A stretch of 64,000 nt of DNA from Comamonas sp. Lineage in GTDB: Bacteria > Pseudomonadota > Gammaproteobacteria > Burkholderiales > Burkholderiaceae_C. A model generated the notes under the pieces. The model was not told the origin of the DNA, ran no database searches, and saw nothing but the letters and a program-made list of their open reading frames with translations. The position numbers and the translations under genes are program-made. The stretch is taken from the NCBI GenBank assembly GCA_021166775.1, contig JAJPEQ010000011.1:134515-198514 (forward strand). The letters are read 5' to 3'. Positions 55,090 to 64,000 of the stretch are shown here, one piece after another; positions within the stretch are counted from its first letter, which is position 1; each line of letters opens with the position of its first letter.

Positions 55090-56022
55090 ATGTCCGATCC
55101 GATTTTTGTCAACCAGACCGTCATCCTTGCCAAGGTTGAAACCACCAAGGGCACCGATGCCGCGCCCACGGGGGCGGCGAACGCCATCCTTGTGAGCGAT
55201 GTCACCTTCACGCCGCTGGAAGGCGACGAAGTGGAGCGCAACAACATCCGCCCGTACTTCGGCGATGGTGGCAGCACGATGGTGACGCAGTACGCCAAGC
55301 TGTCGTTTTCCGTTGAGGCGGCGGGCGTGGAAGCGGCTGGCGACGTGCCTGGGTACGAGCCGCTGCTGCGCGCCGCGGCCACCAGCGTGACGGTCGCAGC
55401 GGGTGTGGACGTGCGGTTCGCCCCGGTCACCGAAGGGTTGGAGAGTGTGACCATCTACATCGCCGTGGGCCGCAACCTGCAAAAGATGACGGCGGCCATG
55501 GCGAACGTGAAGCTCGCGGGCGACGCCAAGACGATCGCCAAGTTCCAGTTCGAGTTCACCGGCACCTATCAGGCGGCCACCGACGCCGCGCTGCCGGCGG
55601 TGACCTACACCGCGTTCCAGGACCCGTTCGGTGTGAACAAGGTCAACAGCACGCTGTCGCTGCATGGCACGGCCGTGGCGGCCAGCGCCTTCAGCTTCGA
55701 CTTTGGCAACACCGTCATCAAGCGCGACCTGATCAACGTGGACACGGTGGAGATCACCGGCCGCAAGAGCACTGGCAGCGTCACGTTCGACAACACCTTG
55801 GTGACCGACAAGAACTGGGTGGAGCTGGCGCGCCAGGGCACGCGCGGCGCGCTGGCGTTCAAGCATGGGCCGGGGGCCACCAACGTGATCGAGCTCACCG
55901 CGCCCAACGTGCAGCTGGGCAAGCCCACGTTTGGCGAGTCGGACGGCGTGCAGCAGATCACCGTGCCGCTGCGCTATGTGCCGATCGACGGTAACGACGA
56001 GTGGGAGCTGATCGTCCGCTGA
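55090..56022 (+). CDS. Major tail (tube) protein, non-contractile
   Basis: 310 aa, AAGGAG RBS; no sheath gene between neck and chaperone. Confidence 0.8.
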   Translation: MSDPIFVNQTVILAKVETTKGTDAAPTGAANAILVSDVTFTPLEGDEVERNNIRPYFGDGGSTMVTQYAKLSFSVEAAGVEAAGDVPGYEPLLRAAATSVTVAAGVDVRFAPVTEGLESVTIYIAVGRNLQKMTAAMANVKLAGDAKTIAKFQFEFTGTYQAATDAALPAVTYTAFQDPFGVNKVNSTLSLHGTAVAASAFSFDFGNTVIKRDLINVDTVEITGRKSTGSVTFDNTLVTDKNWVELARQGTRGALAFKHGPGATNVIELTAPNVQLGKPTFGESDGVQQITVPLRYVPIDGNDEWELIVR

Positions 56023-56074
56023 AGACGAGGCCACCCCAACCAACAAGCAAATTTCACTCAAGAGGAACAAGACC

Positions 56075-56542
56075 ATGGCCGTCAAGATTTCGGGCGTCAA
56101 GCCCACCGTTACCTGCCCTGCGGCGCTGTACCTGCCCGATGACGGAGGCAAGTTTTACGTGCACCGCTTCGAGGTGGTTTTCCGCCGCCTGGGCGCCGAG
56201 GAGCGCGACCGTCTGCACGAGCACTACACCAAGGGCATCGTGCCCGCCGCGCAGGCGCAGGGTGGCGAACAGGCCACGCAGGAGCGCCAGTTCTTGACCA
56301 CGCCCGAGCTGCTCGATGAGATCGTCGAGGGCTGGGCCGGCATGCTCGATGAGCGCGGCGCGCCCGTGCCCTACAGCGCCGCCGAGCGCCGCGCGACCGA
56401 ACAGGTTTACCCGGGCCTGGAGCAGGCGATGGCGGTGAGCTGGTACGAGAACTTTTTCACGCACCAGCGCGAGGCCGCCCGAAAAAACTCCGAGGCGCAG
56501 TCCGCCACCACCTCGGGCGCGACGACGCACGCCGGGGCGTAG
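56075..56542 (+). CDS. Tail assembly chaperone (G)
   Basis: Between tube and tape measure; slippery AAAAAAC at 56482-56488. Confidence 0.8.
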   Translation: MAVKISGVKPTVTCPAALYLPDDGGKFYVHRFEVVFRRLGAEERDRLHEHYTKGIVPAAQAQGGEQATQERQFLTTPELLDEIVEGWAGMLDERGAPVPYSAAERRATEQVYPGLEQAMAVSWYENFFTHQREAARKNSEAQSATTSGATTHAGA

Positions 56543-56868
56543 TCGATGCGGACTTGCGCGGTGACGCGGCGCTGCTCAAGGTCGACCTTGACCGCCTCAT
56601 CGCGCCACAGCGCCAGCGTCAGAGGCCGCTGGACTACGAGCTGTGGCCCGAGCATGCGCTGGCCTGGGACGTGTACCTGGGCTGCGCCACGCAATGGGTC
56701 AAGGCCGTGGGCCTGGCGGGCGTGATTTGGGAGGGGTTGAACTACCCCGGAGTGGAAGTGGTGATGCGCCGCTACGGCGTGCCGCCAGAGCGTGAGGACG
56801 AGGTGTTTGCGCAACTGCAGGTGCTGGAGGAGGAGACCGTGAAGCTGCTCAACCAGCGCAGGAAGTGA
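56488..56868 (+). CDS. -1 frameshift extension of the chaperone (GT; DUF1799-like)
   Basis: -1 frame open from the slippery site to 56868; ATQW..GLNYPGV..LQVLE motifs. Confidence 0.75.
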   Translation, partial: LRGAVRHHLGRDDARRGVVDADLRGDAALLKVDLDRLIAPQRQRQRPLDYELWPEHALAWDVYLGCATQWVKAVGLAGVIWEGLNYPGVEVVMRRYGVPPEREDEVFAQLQVLEEETVKLLNQRRK

Positions 56869-56899
56869 ACCCGGTCGCAGCCAGAAAGGTGCGGCGGGA

Positions 56900-57052
56900 T
56901 CAGCCGATCAGCAGGCAGTACAGCAGCCAGGCGGGGACCACGAACAGGAGCGAGGCCGCCCACCCCGCCGCACCGGCCGAAGCACCCGTGAGCGCCAGCA
57001 GGAGCAGCACCGGGAACCACAGCCGGAAGTAGGCGGAAAAGATCAGCGACAT
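56900..57052 (-). CDS. Antisense 50-aa two-TM protein (not in the ORF track)
   Basis: MSLIFSAYFRLWFPVLLLLALTGASAGAAGWAASLLFVVPAWLLYCLLIG; fills the gap between GT and the tape measure; no clear RBS. Confidence 0.55.
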   Translation of the reverse strand: MSLIFSAYFRLWFPVLLLLALTGASAGAAGWAASLLFVVPAWLLYCLLIG

Positions 57053-57070
57053 GCAAGGACTTTAAAACAA

Positions 57071-60000
57071 ATGAGCGCGGTACGCCAGATCGGCATCAAG
57101 ATGGTGGTGGATGCCCAGTCGGTCTCGACTGAGCTGCCCCGTGCCACGCGCGAGTTCGCGGCTTTGGGCGCTGGTGCCGAGCAGGCCAGTGCGCGCACCA
57201 CTCGCAGCCTGGCGCAGGTCAGCATGTCGGTGCGCGACATCGTGCGCGGCGCGGCTGGCCTGCACATCGTGAGCAGCGGCATCGAGGCCATCAGCAACGC
57301 CATCACCGCGCTGCCTCGCGAGGGCCTGAACTTTGCCCGCGACCTGGAGGTGAGCCAGATCGGCATGGCCGGCATCCTGGGCTCCATGACGGCCATCAAT
57401 GGCCAGCAACTCGATTACAACCGCGCGCTGCAAATCTCCAGCGAGTACATCCGCAAGCTCAACGACGACGCGCTGCGCACCGCCGCCACCAGTCAGGAGC
57501 TGGTGACGGTGTTCCAGGCGTTGCTGGCCCCGGGCCTGGGCGCCAAGATGACGCTGGAGGAAATCCGCCAGCTCACCGTGGTGGGCACCAACGCGGTTAA
57601 AAGCATTGGCCTGGATGCGCGCCAGGTGGTGCAGGAGCTGCGCGACCTGGTGGCGGGCGGCATCCAGCCGGCCAGTTCCACGCTCGCGAATGCGCTGGGC
57701 CTGAAAGATTCGGATATCGCCAAGGCCAAGGCGTCCAGCGAGGGGTTGTTTAACTTCCTGATGGCCCGCCTGCAGGGCTTCGAGGCGTCGAGCGAGGCGT
57801 TCGGTAACACCTTCAGGGGCAAGATCGAGCAGATCCGTGAAGGCGCCACGCGCGTGGCGGCCGAGGGCATGGAGCCGCTCATCACGGCCTCGAAGGCGGC
57901 GCTGGACGGGGTCTCCAAATTTTTCGTCACCATCGACGAGAATAAGAACGTCACGCTCAACCAGGGGCTGATCGAGAGCATCAAGGCGTTTTCTTCAAGC
58001 GCTGTGACCAGTCTTGAGGCGCTGCGCAATTTCAGCGCGGGCGTGTACGAACACCGCGAAGCCATTGCGGCACTGGTGGCCGTCTATGTCGGCGCGCGGC
58101 TGGGCAACTTCGTTGCCGACCTGACGCGGGCCACGGCCGCCAAGCTGGAGGCGACACAGGCCTCGCGCCTGGCGGCCGCGCAGGCGGCGGTGGAGGCCGC
58201 AAGCAACGTGGAGGTGGCGGCCACCTCGCGCCAGAAACTGGCGGCCTACCTGGCCGAGCTATCGGCCAAGGCCGCAGACGCGCAGGCCGAGGTGGCGATG
58301 CAGGCGGCGCGCATCGCCACCCTGCGTATCACGCAAGAGGCCATTCCGCTGGCGCGCGCTGAGGTGCTGGCGAAGCTGGATTCGGTGCGCGCCACCATGG
58401 CGCAGGCCGAGGCGCAGATCGCTGCCGCGCGCGCCGCTGGCGCACAAAGCATGGCGCTGGCGCTGCTGCGTGAGGGCACGGATGCGCTTTCTGCCGCACA
58501 GGCCCGCCAGGTGGCACTGGTGACCGAGCTGGCCGCTCTGGGTCGCCAGCAGGCGGGCGTGCAGGCCGCCCTGGCGGCGGCCACCGCAGCGCAGACGGCG
58601 GCCACCAACGCGGCCGCAACGGCAGCGGCGGGGCTCTCGGCGGCGCAGGGCGCATCGTCGGTGGCGGCTCGCGCTCTCAGCGGCGCCGTGGGGTTCCTGG
58701 GCGGCCCGATTGGCATCGTCACCACGGCGCTCACGCTGGGCGTGACGGCGTGGACGCTTTGGGGCAACAAGGGTGCGGATGCCCAGCACCAGGTGCAGAG
58801 CGCGGTAGCGCGCAGCACGCCCGAAATCCTTGCAAACCTGGACAAGCAGATCGCGGCCCTCAAGCAGCGCAACGTCATGGCGGCCCAGGGCATGGGCGAC
58901 ATTGCCAAGGCCAACGGCGAGGCGGCGCAGGAGGCCGAGCGCCTGTACGCAAAAATTGAAAACCTGCGCGCCGGCAAGGGGGTTGATGGCGGCAAGGCGC
59001 TGCCCGAGCCCGTGCGCGCGGTGGTGCTGCAGGCGCTGTCTGAGCAGTACGACAAGCTGGTGGGGAAGATGCGCGAAGCTGAGCGCTAGCAGGCCAAGCT
59101 CGATGCTGGTACGGGCGCGTTGGGCCTGACGGTTGCGGGCGCCGAGCAGGCTTGGCGCAAGGCTAACGACGGCATCAAGACAGGCATCTCGATCCAGCAG
59201 GAGTACGCCAACAAACTGTCGGCCTCGCGCAGCGCGTTCGAGCAGTACCTGAACACCCTTGAGCAGACCGGCGCAGACCCGGAAAAAATCCGCCAGGCCC
59301 ATGCCGAACAAGATCAGGTAGAGGCGGCACTTGCCGCCGAGCGCGACAAGAAGATCAAGGAGATGGGCGCGGCTGCGGCGACCGCGCGCGCGCAGGGCAT
59401 CGATGCCGAGATCGCGGCCACCAAGCAAGGCTACAAGCTGCTGGCGGCGCAGACGGCGGGGAGCTTGGCCGAGGTGGAGGCGCAGCGCAAGCAGGGAACG
59501 ATCAGCGACGCGGACGCGCTGGAGCGGCGCACCGCGCTGCAACTGGCCGACATCGACGCCCAGCGCGCCGCGCTGGCCGCCGAATTGGCTCTGCTGCAGG
59601 GGCGCAAGGATTCAGCCAAAGAACAGGCCAATCTGAACGGTGAACTGATCGAGCTGGCGCAGAAGCGCGCCAACATCGAGGCGCAGGCCGCGCGCGAGCA
59701 GCAGGCGCTGGATGCCCAGGCGGCGCAGGCGCTGGATGAGCGCGTGAAGGGCTATGAGGACGCCGCGCGCTCGGCTGCGGTGAACTTGCGCAATGCCCAG
59801 CTCGACACGCTGGAGATCGGCAAGACCGGCGCCGCCCTGGGCGCGCTGCGCCAGGCTCGCATGCAGGATGCCGCCGCCGAGCTGGAGCGCAAGGCGCTCG
59901 TGATGGATGGCATCGATTTGTCGGGCCGTGCATCCAAGGCCTTGCGTGAGCAGGCCCAGGCCATGCGCGATCTGGCGAAGGTGCAGGGCTACAACGAATC

Positions 60001-63000
60001 TGCCCGCATGGTGTACGACTATGCGAAGGCGATCGATGAGGCAAACGCCGCGACGCAGTACGAGCTGAGCCTGGCCACCATGTCGCAGCGCGACCGCGCG
60101 GTGGCGCTTGAGCAGTACCGCATCGCGATCGATCTGAAGAAGCGCCTGGCTGAAATCGACGCCCAAAACCCGGCCGACAAGCAAGCTGCCGAGCGGCTCA
60201 AGGCGGAGGCGACCGAGGCGGCCGCGCGGGCACAAGCGGGCGTGGCGGGCCGGGTCTTCGTGCAGGAATGGACGCGCACGGTCGACCAGGTCGACGACGT
60301 GTTCCGCCAGGGCTTCGCCGACATGCTCAACCGTGGCGAGGACGGCTGGAAATCGTTCAATCAGAGCCTGGTCACGACGTTTAAAACGACGGTGGCCAAT
60401 GAGCTGTACAAGGCATTCGCGCAGCCCTTCGTGGTCAACATTGTCGGCAACTTGATGGGTCTGTTCGGCGGCGGTGGCGGCGCAGCGGCCGCGGGCCTGG
60501 TCAGCGGCAGCGGCAACATCCTCGGCCTGGCCAGCAACGCCTCTTCAGCCTACAACCTTGCGACGGGCAGTTTCGGCTCCATGCTTTTTGGCAATGCGGC
60601 GGCCTACAGCGCCATGACACCGGGCCTCGCCCTCGGCGGACAGCAGGCCGCGATGCTCGCAGCACAAACCGGCGAATTTGGCCTGGCCGGAGCCACGGCC
60701 ACGGCTCAGGCTGGAGGTGCGGGCTTGGGTGGTTTCGGCGCGCTACTGTCGAACCCGCTGGCCATCGCGGGCGGCGCCCTGCTGCTGGGCAACGCCCTGG
60801 GCCTGTTTCGCACCACGGAACGACGAGGCGGCGGCCTCATCGGCACCTTGGGCGAGGCCGGCGGCGTGCACGACGCCGACCTCATGCGCAAAAGCGGCAC
60901 GCTCTTCGGTGGCCCCGATTGGTTCGTCGAGGATCGCGGCAGGTCGGCGCTGGACAAAGCTATCCAGGCGCAATTCACGGCCAGCAAAGAGGCCATCAAG
61001 GGCTTCGCCCAAGGGCTGGGCCTGGCCACCGACAAGATCGAAGGCTTCAGCAGCGTGCTGGGCACCGAGACCCTGGGCGATCACGGGCAACTGGGCATCC
61101 GCCTTGACAACAATGGCCAACCGCTCAGCGACGCCGAGGTGCAGGCAAAGATCACGGCCGCGATCAAGAACGCGGACAACCAGCTCGCCGAGCAGCTGAT
61201 CGGCACCTGGCAAGAGACCACGCGCGAAGTCACCGAGACCGTCAAGACCGGGTTCTGGGACGATCTCAAAGAAACCACCCGCACCCGCACCGTCACCGAC
61301 CGCACCTACACCCCTTCGGAATTCGCGCGCGATGGCGAACAGGCCATCGACACCTTGACGCGCCTGGGCACCAGCATCGCTGCTGTCAACACCACGTTCG
61401 AGACGCTGGGCATGGCGCTGCTGGATGCGTCGCTGGCCGGCGGGGCTGCGGCCAGCAGTTTCATCGATCTGTTCGGCACGCTGGAGAACTTCAACGCCGC
61501 CATCGGCACCTACTACCAGAACTTCTACAGCGGCGACGAGCGCCGTCAAAAGCAGAAGGCCGACCTTGACAAGATGTTCAAGGAGTACGGCCTTGACCCC
61601 ATCGACATGGACGCCGCGGACGCGCGGGCCCAGTACCGCACCCTGGTCGAGCGCGAGCAGGGCCGCATGGCCGAGGAAGAATCGGCCAAGCAAGCCTTGA
61701 AGCAGACCTTCAAGGACGGGCTGAGCGGGCTGCCCGATCTGGCCGATATGAGCGGGCAAGCGCTCGATGATGCGCTGCGCGCCGCGCTGGGGCCGGGCGA
61801 GCAGATATCCGAAGAGGCCCAGGGCAAGCTCAAGGGCCTGTTTGCCGATTTTGACGCGGGCAAGCTGAACATCGATCAGCTCTCGGGCTCGGTGGCTGAT
61901 CTCGTGGCGCCGATCACCGGCACCGGCAAGAGCGCCGCCGAGACGACCGCGGCGCTGTTGCAGGCCTCGGGCGCCTTTGCCGCGGTCACCACATCGGCCG
62001 AAGACGCCGCCGCCGCGCAAACGGCTGCGCACAAGAGCGCCACCGACGCCGCCTGGCGCGCCATGCAGCAATCGATTGCCGCCGCGCGCGAGGCCGCCCA
62101 GGCCGAGATCACCCTGCGCCAGCAGCGCCTGCAGACCGCGCAGGCCATCGTCGAGCTCACGCGCGATCAGGCGCGCGAGCTGCGCGGCCTGGTGGACAGC
62201 ACCATCGCCATGACCACCGCCCAGGCCAACGCCTGGATCGACAGCGCCCTCACCGCCGCGCGCTCGGGCCAGCTGCCCGAGGCCCAGGCCCTGCGGCGCG
62301 CCGTCGAAGACGCGCGCGCCGGCATGGACACGTCGGCCTACGCCAACCGCCTGGACTACGAGGCCGCCCAGCTCATCCTGGCCAACAAGCTCGACGCCAT
62401 CGGCGACTCGGGCCAGGCGCAAGTCGATGTCAACGAACTGCTGCTGGAGCAGGCCAAAAAAGAGGTTGATCGCCTGGAGCTGCTCCTCAAGGCCGGGCAG
62501 GCGGCGCTGGATGAGGCGCGCGGCAACACGGCGGCCGTGCAGGGCGTGGAGAGCGCCGTGCGGGCGTTCTACGACCGGCTGTTCGAGGAACAAAACAGCA
62601 ATGAGGTTGTCGGCGGCGGCGACGGCGCGTCCGGTGGCAACGCCGGCCCCACCTTCGGCCCCGGCGACCCTGGCGGCGCATCCTCCAACATCTCCAGCAA
62701 ATACACCACGCCCGTGGGCGGTTACACCGGCGGGACGATCTATGCCGGGGTCAGTCTCGAGCAGGAAAAACGTCTCGACAAATACGCTGCCGGGTACCAC
62801 GCATTCGATGGCACCGGAGACGCCGAAGGCCTGAACCAGTACATCATCGACAACAAGCTAACCCCGGAAGACATGTCCGGTCTGTCAGGACTGTACAAGC
62901 GTGATTGGGAGGATTGGTACAAAACCCACGGCATCCCGGCATTCGCCAGCGGCGGCGGCCACGCGGGCGGCCTGCGCCTGGTCGGCGAGGACGGGCCCGA

Positions 63001-63226
63001 GCTGGAGGTGACCGGCCCGGCGCGCATCTACAACAGCCAGCAGACCCAGCAGCTCTTGGCAGGCCTGCAGGGCGGCGGCAACGCCGAGGTGGTGGCCGCC
63101 ATTCAGGCGCTGCAGCGCCAGGGCTACGACATCGGCCGCACGCTCATCGTGCTGCTGCAAAGCGTCGAGACCCTGGCGCGCAAGCAAGATGCCATCGGCG
63201 TGCTGCAGCGTGAGGTGGTGGCATGA
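57071..63226 (+). pseudogene. Tape measure protein gene (2051 codons) interrupted by one in-frame TAG at 59087-59089
   Basis: ORFs 57071-59089 and 59120-63226 are in the same frame with only TAG between them; Ala-rich helical content throughout; FASGG..VGEDGPEL C-terminal motif. Confidence 0.85.
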
Positions 63227-64000
63227 GCGCGGACGGCTATACCCTAGGCATGGGCTTTTTGCCGCCCATGGCCGTGACGCTCGGCAACATGGTCACCAAC
63301 GTGCCAGCAAGCACGCTGCCCGCCTGGGCCGCGGACACCACCTACGCGCTGAACGAAGAGATCATCGACACCGATCGCGTGATCTGGCGCTCCATGCTCG
63401 ATGGCAACCTCGGCAACGACCCGGCCAGCACCGGCACCAGCGGCAAGTGGCAGAACCGGGGTGTGGAAAACCGCCTTGCCATGTTCGATGCCAGCCTAGG
63501 CACCAGCACCGAGAACCCCGACCTGATCGAATTCACCATCACGCCCGCCCGCGTGGTCACCGACATCCAGTTTCTGGGCCTGACCGCCTACAGCGTGCAG
63601 GTCACCATGGATGACCCGGTCAACGGCGCGCTGTTTGACAGCGGCGAGCAGCTCCTGCTCGCGCCCTCGGGTAACTCGCACTGGGGCTACTTCTTCAACC
63701 CCATCGAGCGCGAATCCAAGCTGCTCGTCTCGGGCCTGCCCGCATACACCGGCGCCAGCATCACCGTGCGGATCCGCAACCAGGGCGGCGTGGCGCGCTG
63801 CGCCGAAGCGGTGCTGGGCCGCGCCATCTGGCTGGGCAACACCCAGTGGCGCCCGTCCATCAGCTTCGACGACTGGAGCCAGAAAAGCCGCGACCCCTGG
63901 GGCGGCTGGAAGGCGAGCCAGGGCGCTTATAGCGACCGCCTGAAGCTGCAAGTGCTGGTGCAGGGCACCCAGTACGAGCGCACCCGCCGCTTGATCCTGC
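63223..64000 (+). CDS. Tail protein following the tape measure (partial, runs off the window)
   Basis: ATGA overlap with the TMP stop; open to the window end; WAADTTYA..W motif and ENRLAMFD. Confidence 0.75.
   Translation, partial: MSADGYTLGMGFLPPMAVTLGNMVTNVPASTLPAWAADTTYALNEEIIDTDRVIWRSMLDGNLGNDPASTGTSGKWQNRGVENRLAMFDASLGTSTENPDLIEFTITPARVVTDIQFLGLTAYSVQVTMDDPVNGALFDSGEQLLLAPSGNSHWGYFFNPIERESKLLVSGLPAYTGASITVRIRNQGGVARCAEAVLGRAIWLGNTQWRPSISFDDWSQKSRDPWGGWKASQGAYSDRLKLQVLVQGTQYERTRRLIL

Larger units (their letters stand above)
28722..64000. mobile_element. Transposable (Mu-like) prophage, B3/BcepMu-type layout with siphovirus-like tail; right end outside the window
   Basis: MuA-like DDE transposase, MuB-like ATPase, Ner, repressor, GemA, Mor/C, DUF3164, terminase, portal, gpT-like capsid, tail tube, tape measure; no integrase. 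Left junction inferred at TG 28722. Confidence 0.95.

Noticed and set aside
56772-57056. 94-aa minus-strand ORF from the track
   Set aside because: Overlaps the GT gene and looks like noise; the 50-aa hydrophobic ORF in another frame fits the gap better
1-64000. Many long alternative-frame ORFs in the track (e.g. 10408-12513, 46111-48717, 60743-62800)
   Set aside because: Shadow ORFs of GC-rich coding DNA: they lie opposite or across recognisable genes and have low-complexity Arg/Ala/Gly content
28722-64000. Genome-wide TAG recoding of the phage
   Set aside because: Only one internal TAG found; TAG ends the tail chaperone and DUF488 genes, the frame after the chaperone TAG is not protein-like, and no suppressor tRNA is seen in the window
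28722-64000. Invertase, diversity-generating retroelement, Mom-like modification gene, tRNA or integrase
   Set aside because: No such motifs in the window; tail-fibre and right-end modules lie beyond 64000

Overview
GC-rich betaproteobacterial (Comamonadaceae-like) chromosomal window with two parts. (1) 1-28.7 kb is ordinary host DNA: metabolic and envelope genes (nitronate monooxygenase, LysE, two histidine phosphatases, creatininase, PCuAC, DUF2946-like, DsbD-like, rsmI, yraN), the flagellar fliE and fliFGHIJKLMNOPQR genes, a two-component pair and a cheY-cheA-cheW-cheR-cheD-cheB cluster. (2) From about 28,722 to the window end is a transposable (Mu-like) prophage inserted into a histidine-phosphatase gene. 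It has the B3/BcepMu-type layout (central repressor; leftward ner-transposase-ATPase-early operon ending in a Mor/C activator at the left end; rightward late genes) and a long non-contractile tail. The right end lies beyond the window. Most notable: a low-GC antisense two-gene cassette (DUF488 plus a Cys-motif partner) between the head-morphogenesis and protease genes, a candidate uncharacterised phage-conflict system; a protease-scaffold-capsid polyprotein with 13 copies of a putative self-cleavage motif; a tape-measure gene split by one in-frame amber codon; a left end with 11-bp repeats, an IHF site, DnaA boxes and a 10-bp-periodic tract; two near-identical late promoters; and prophage-wide enrichment of TTTAAA. 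Everything was read by eye; family names come from motif recognition, not database searches.
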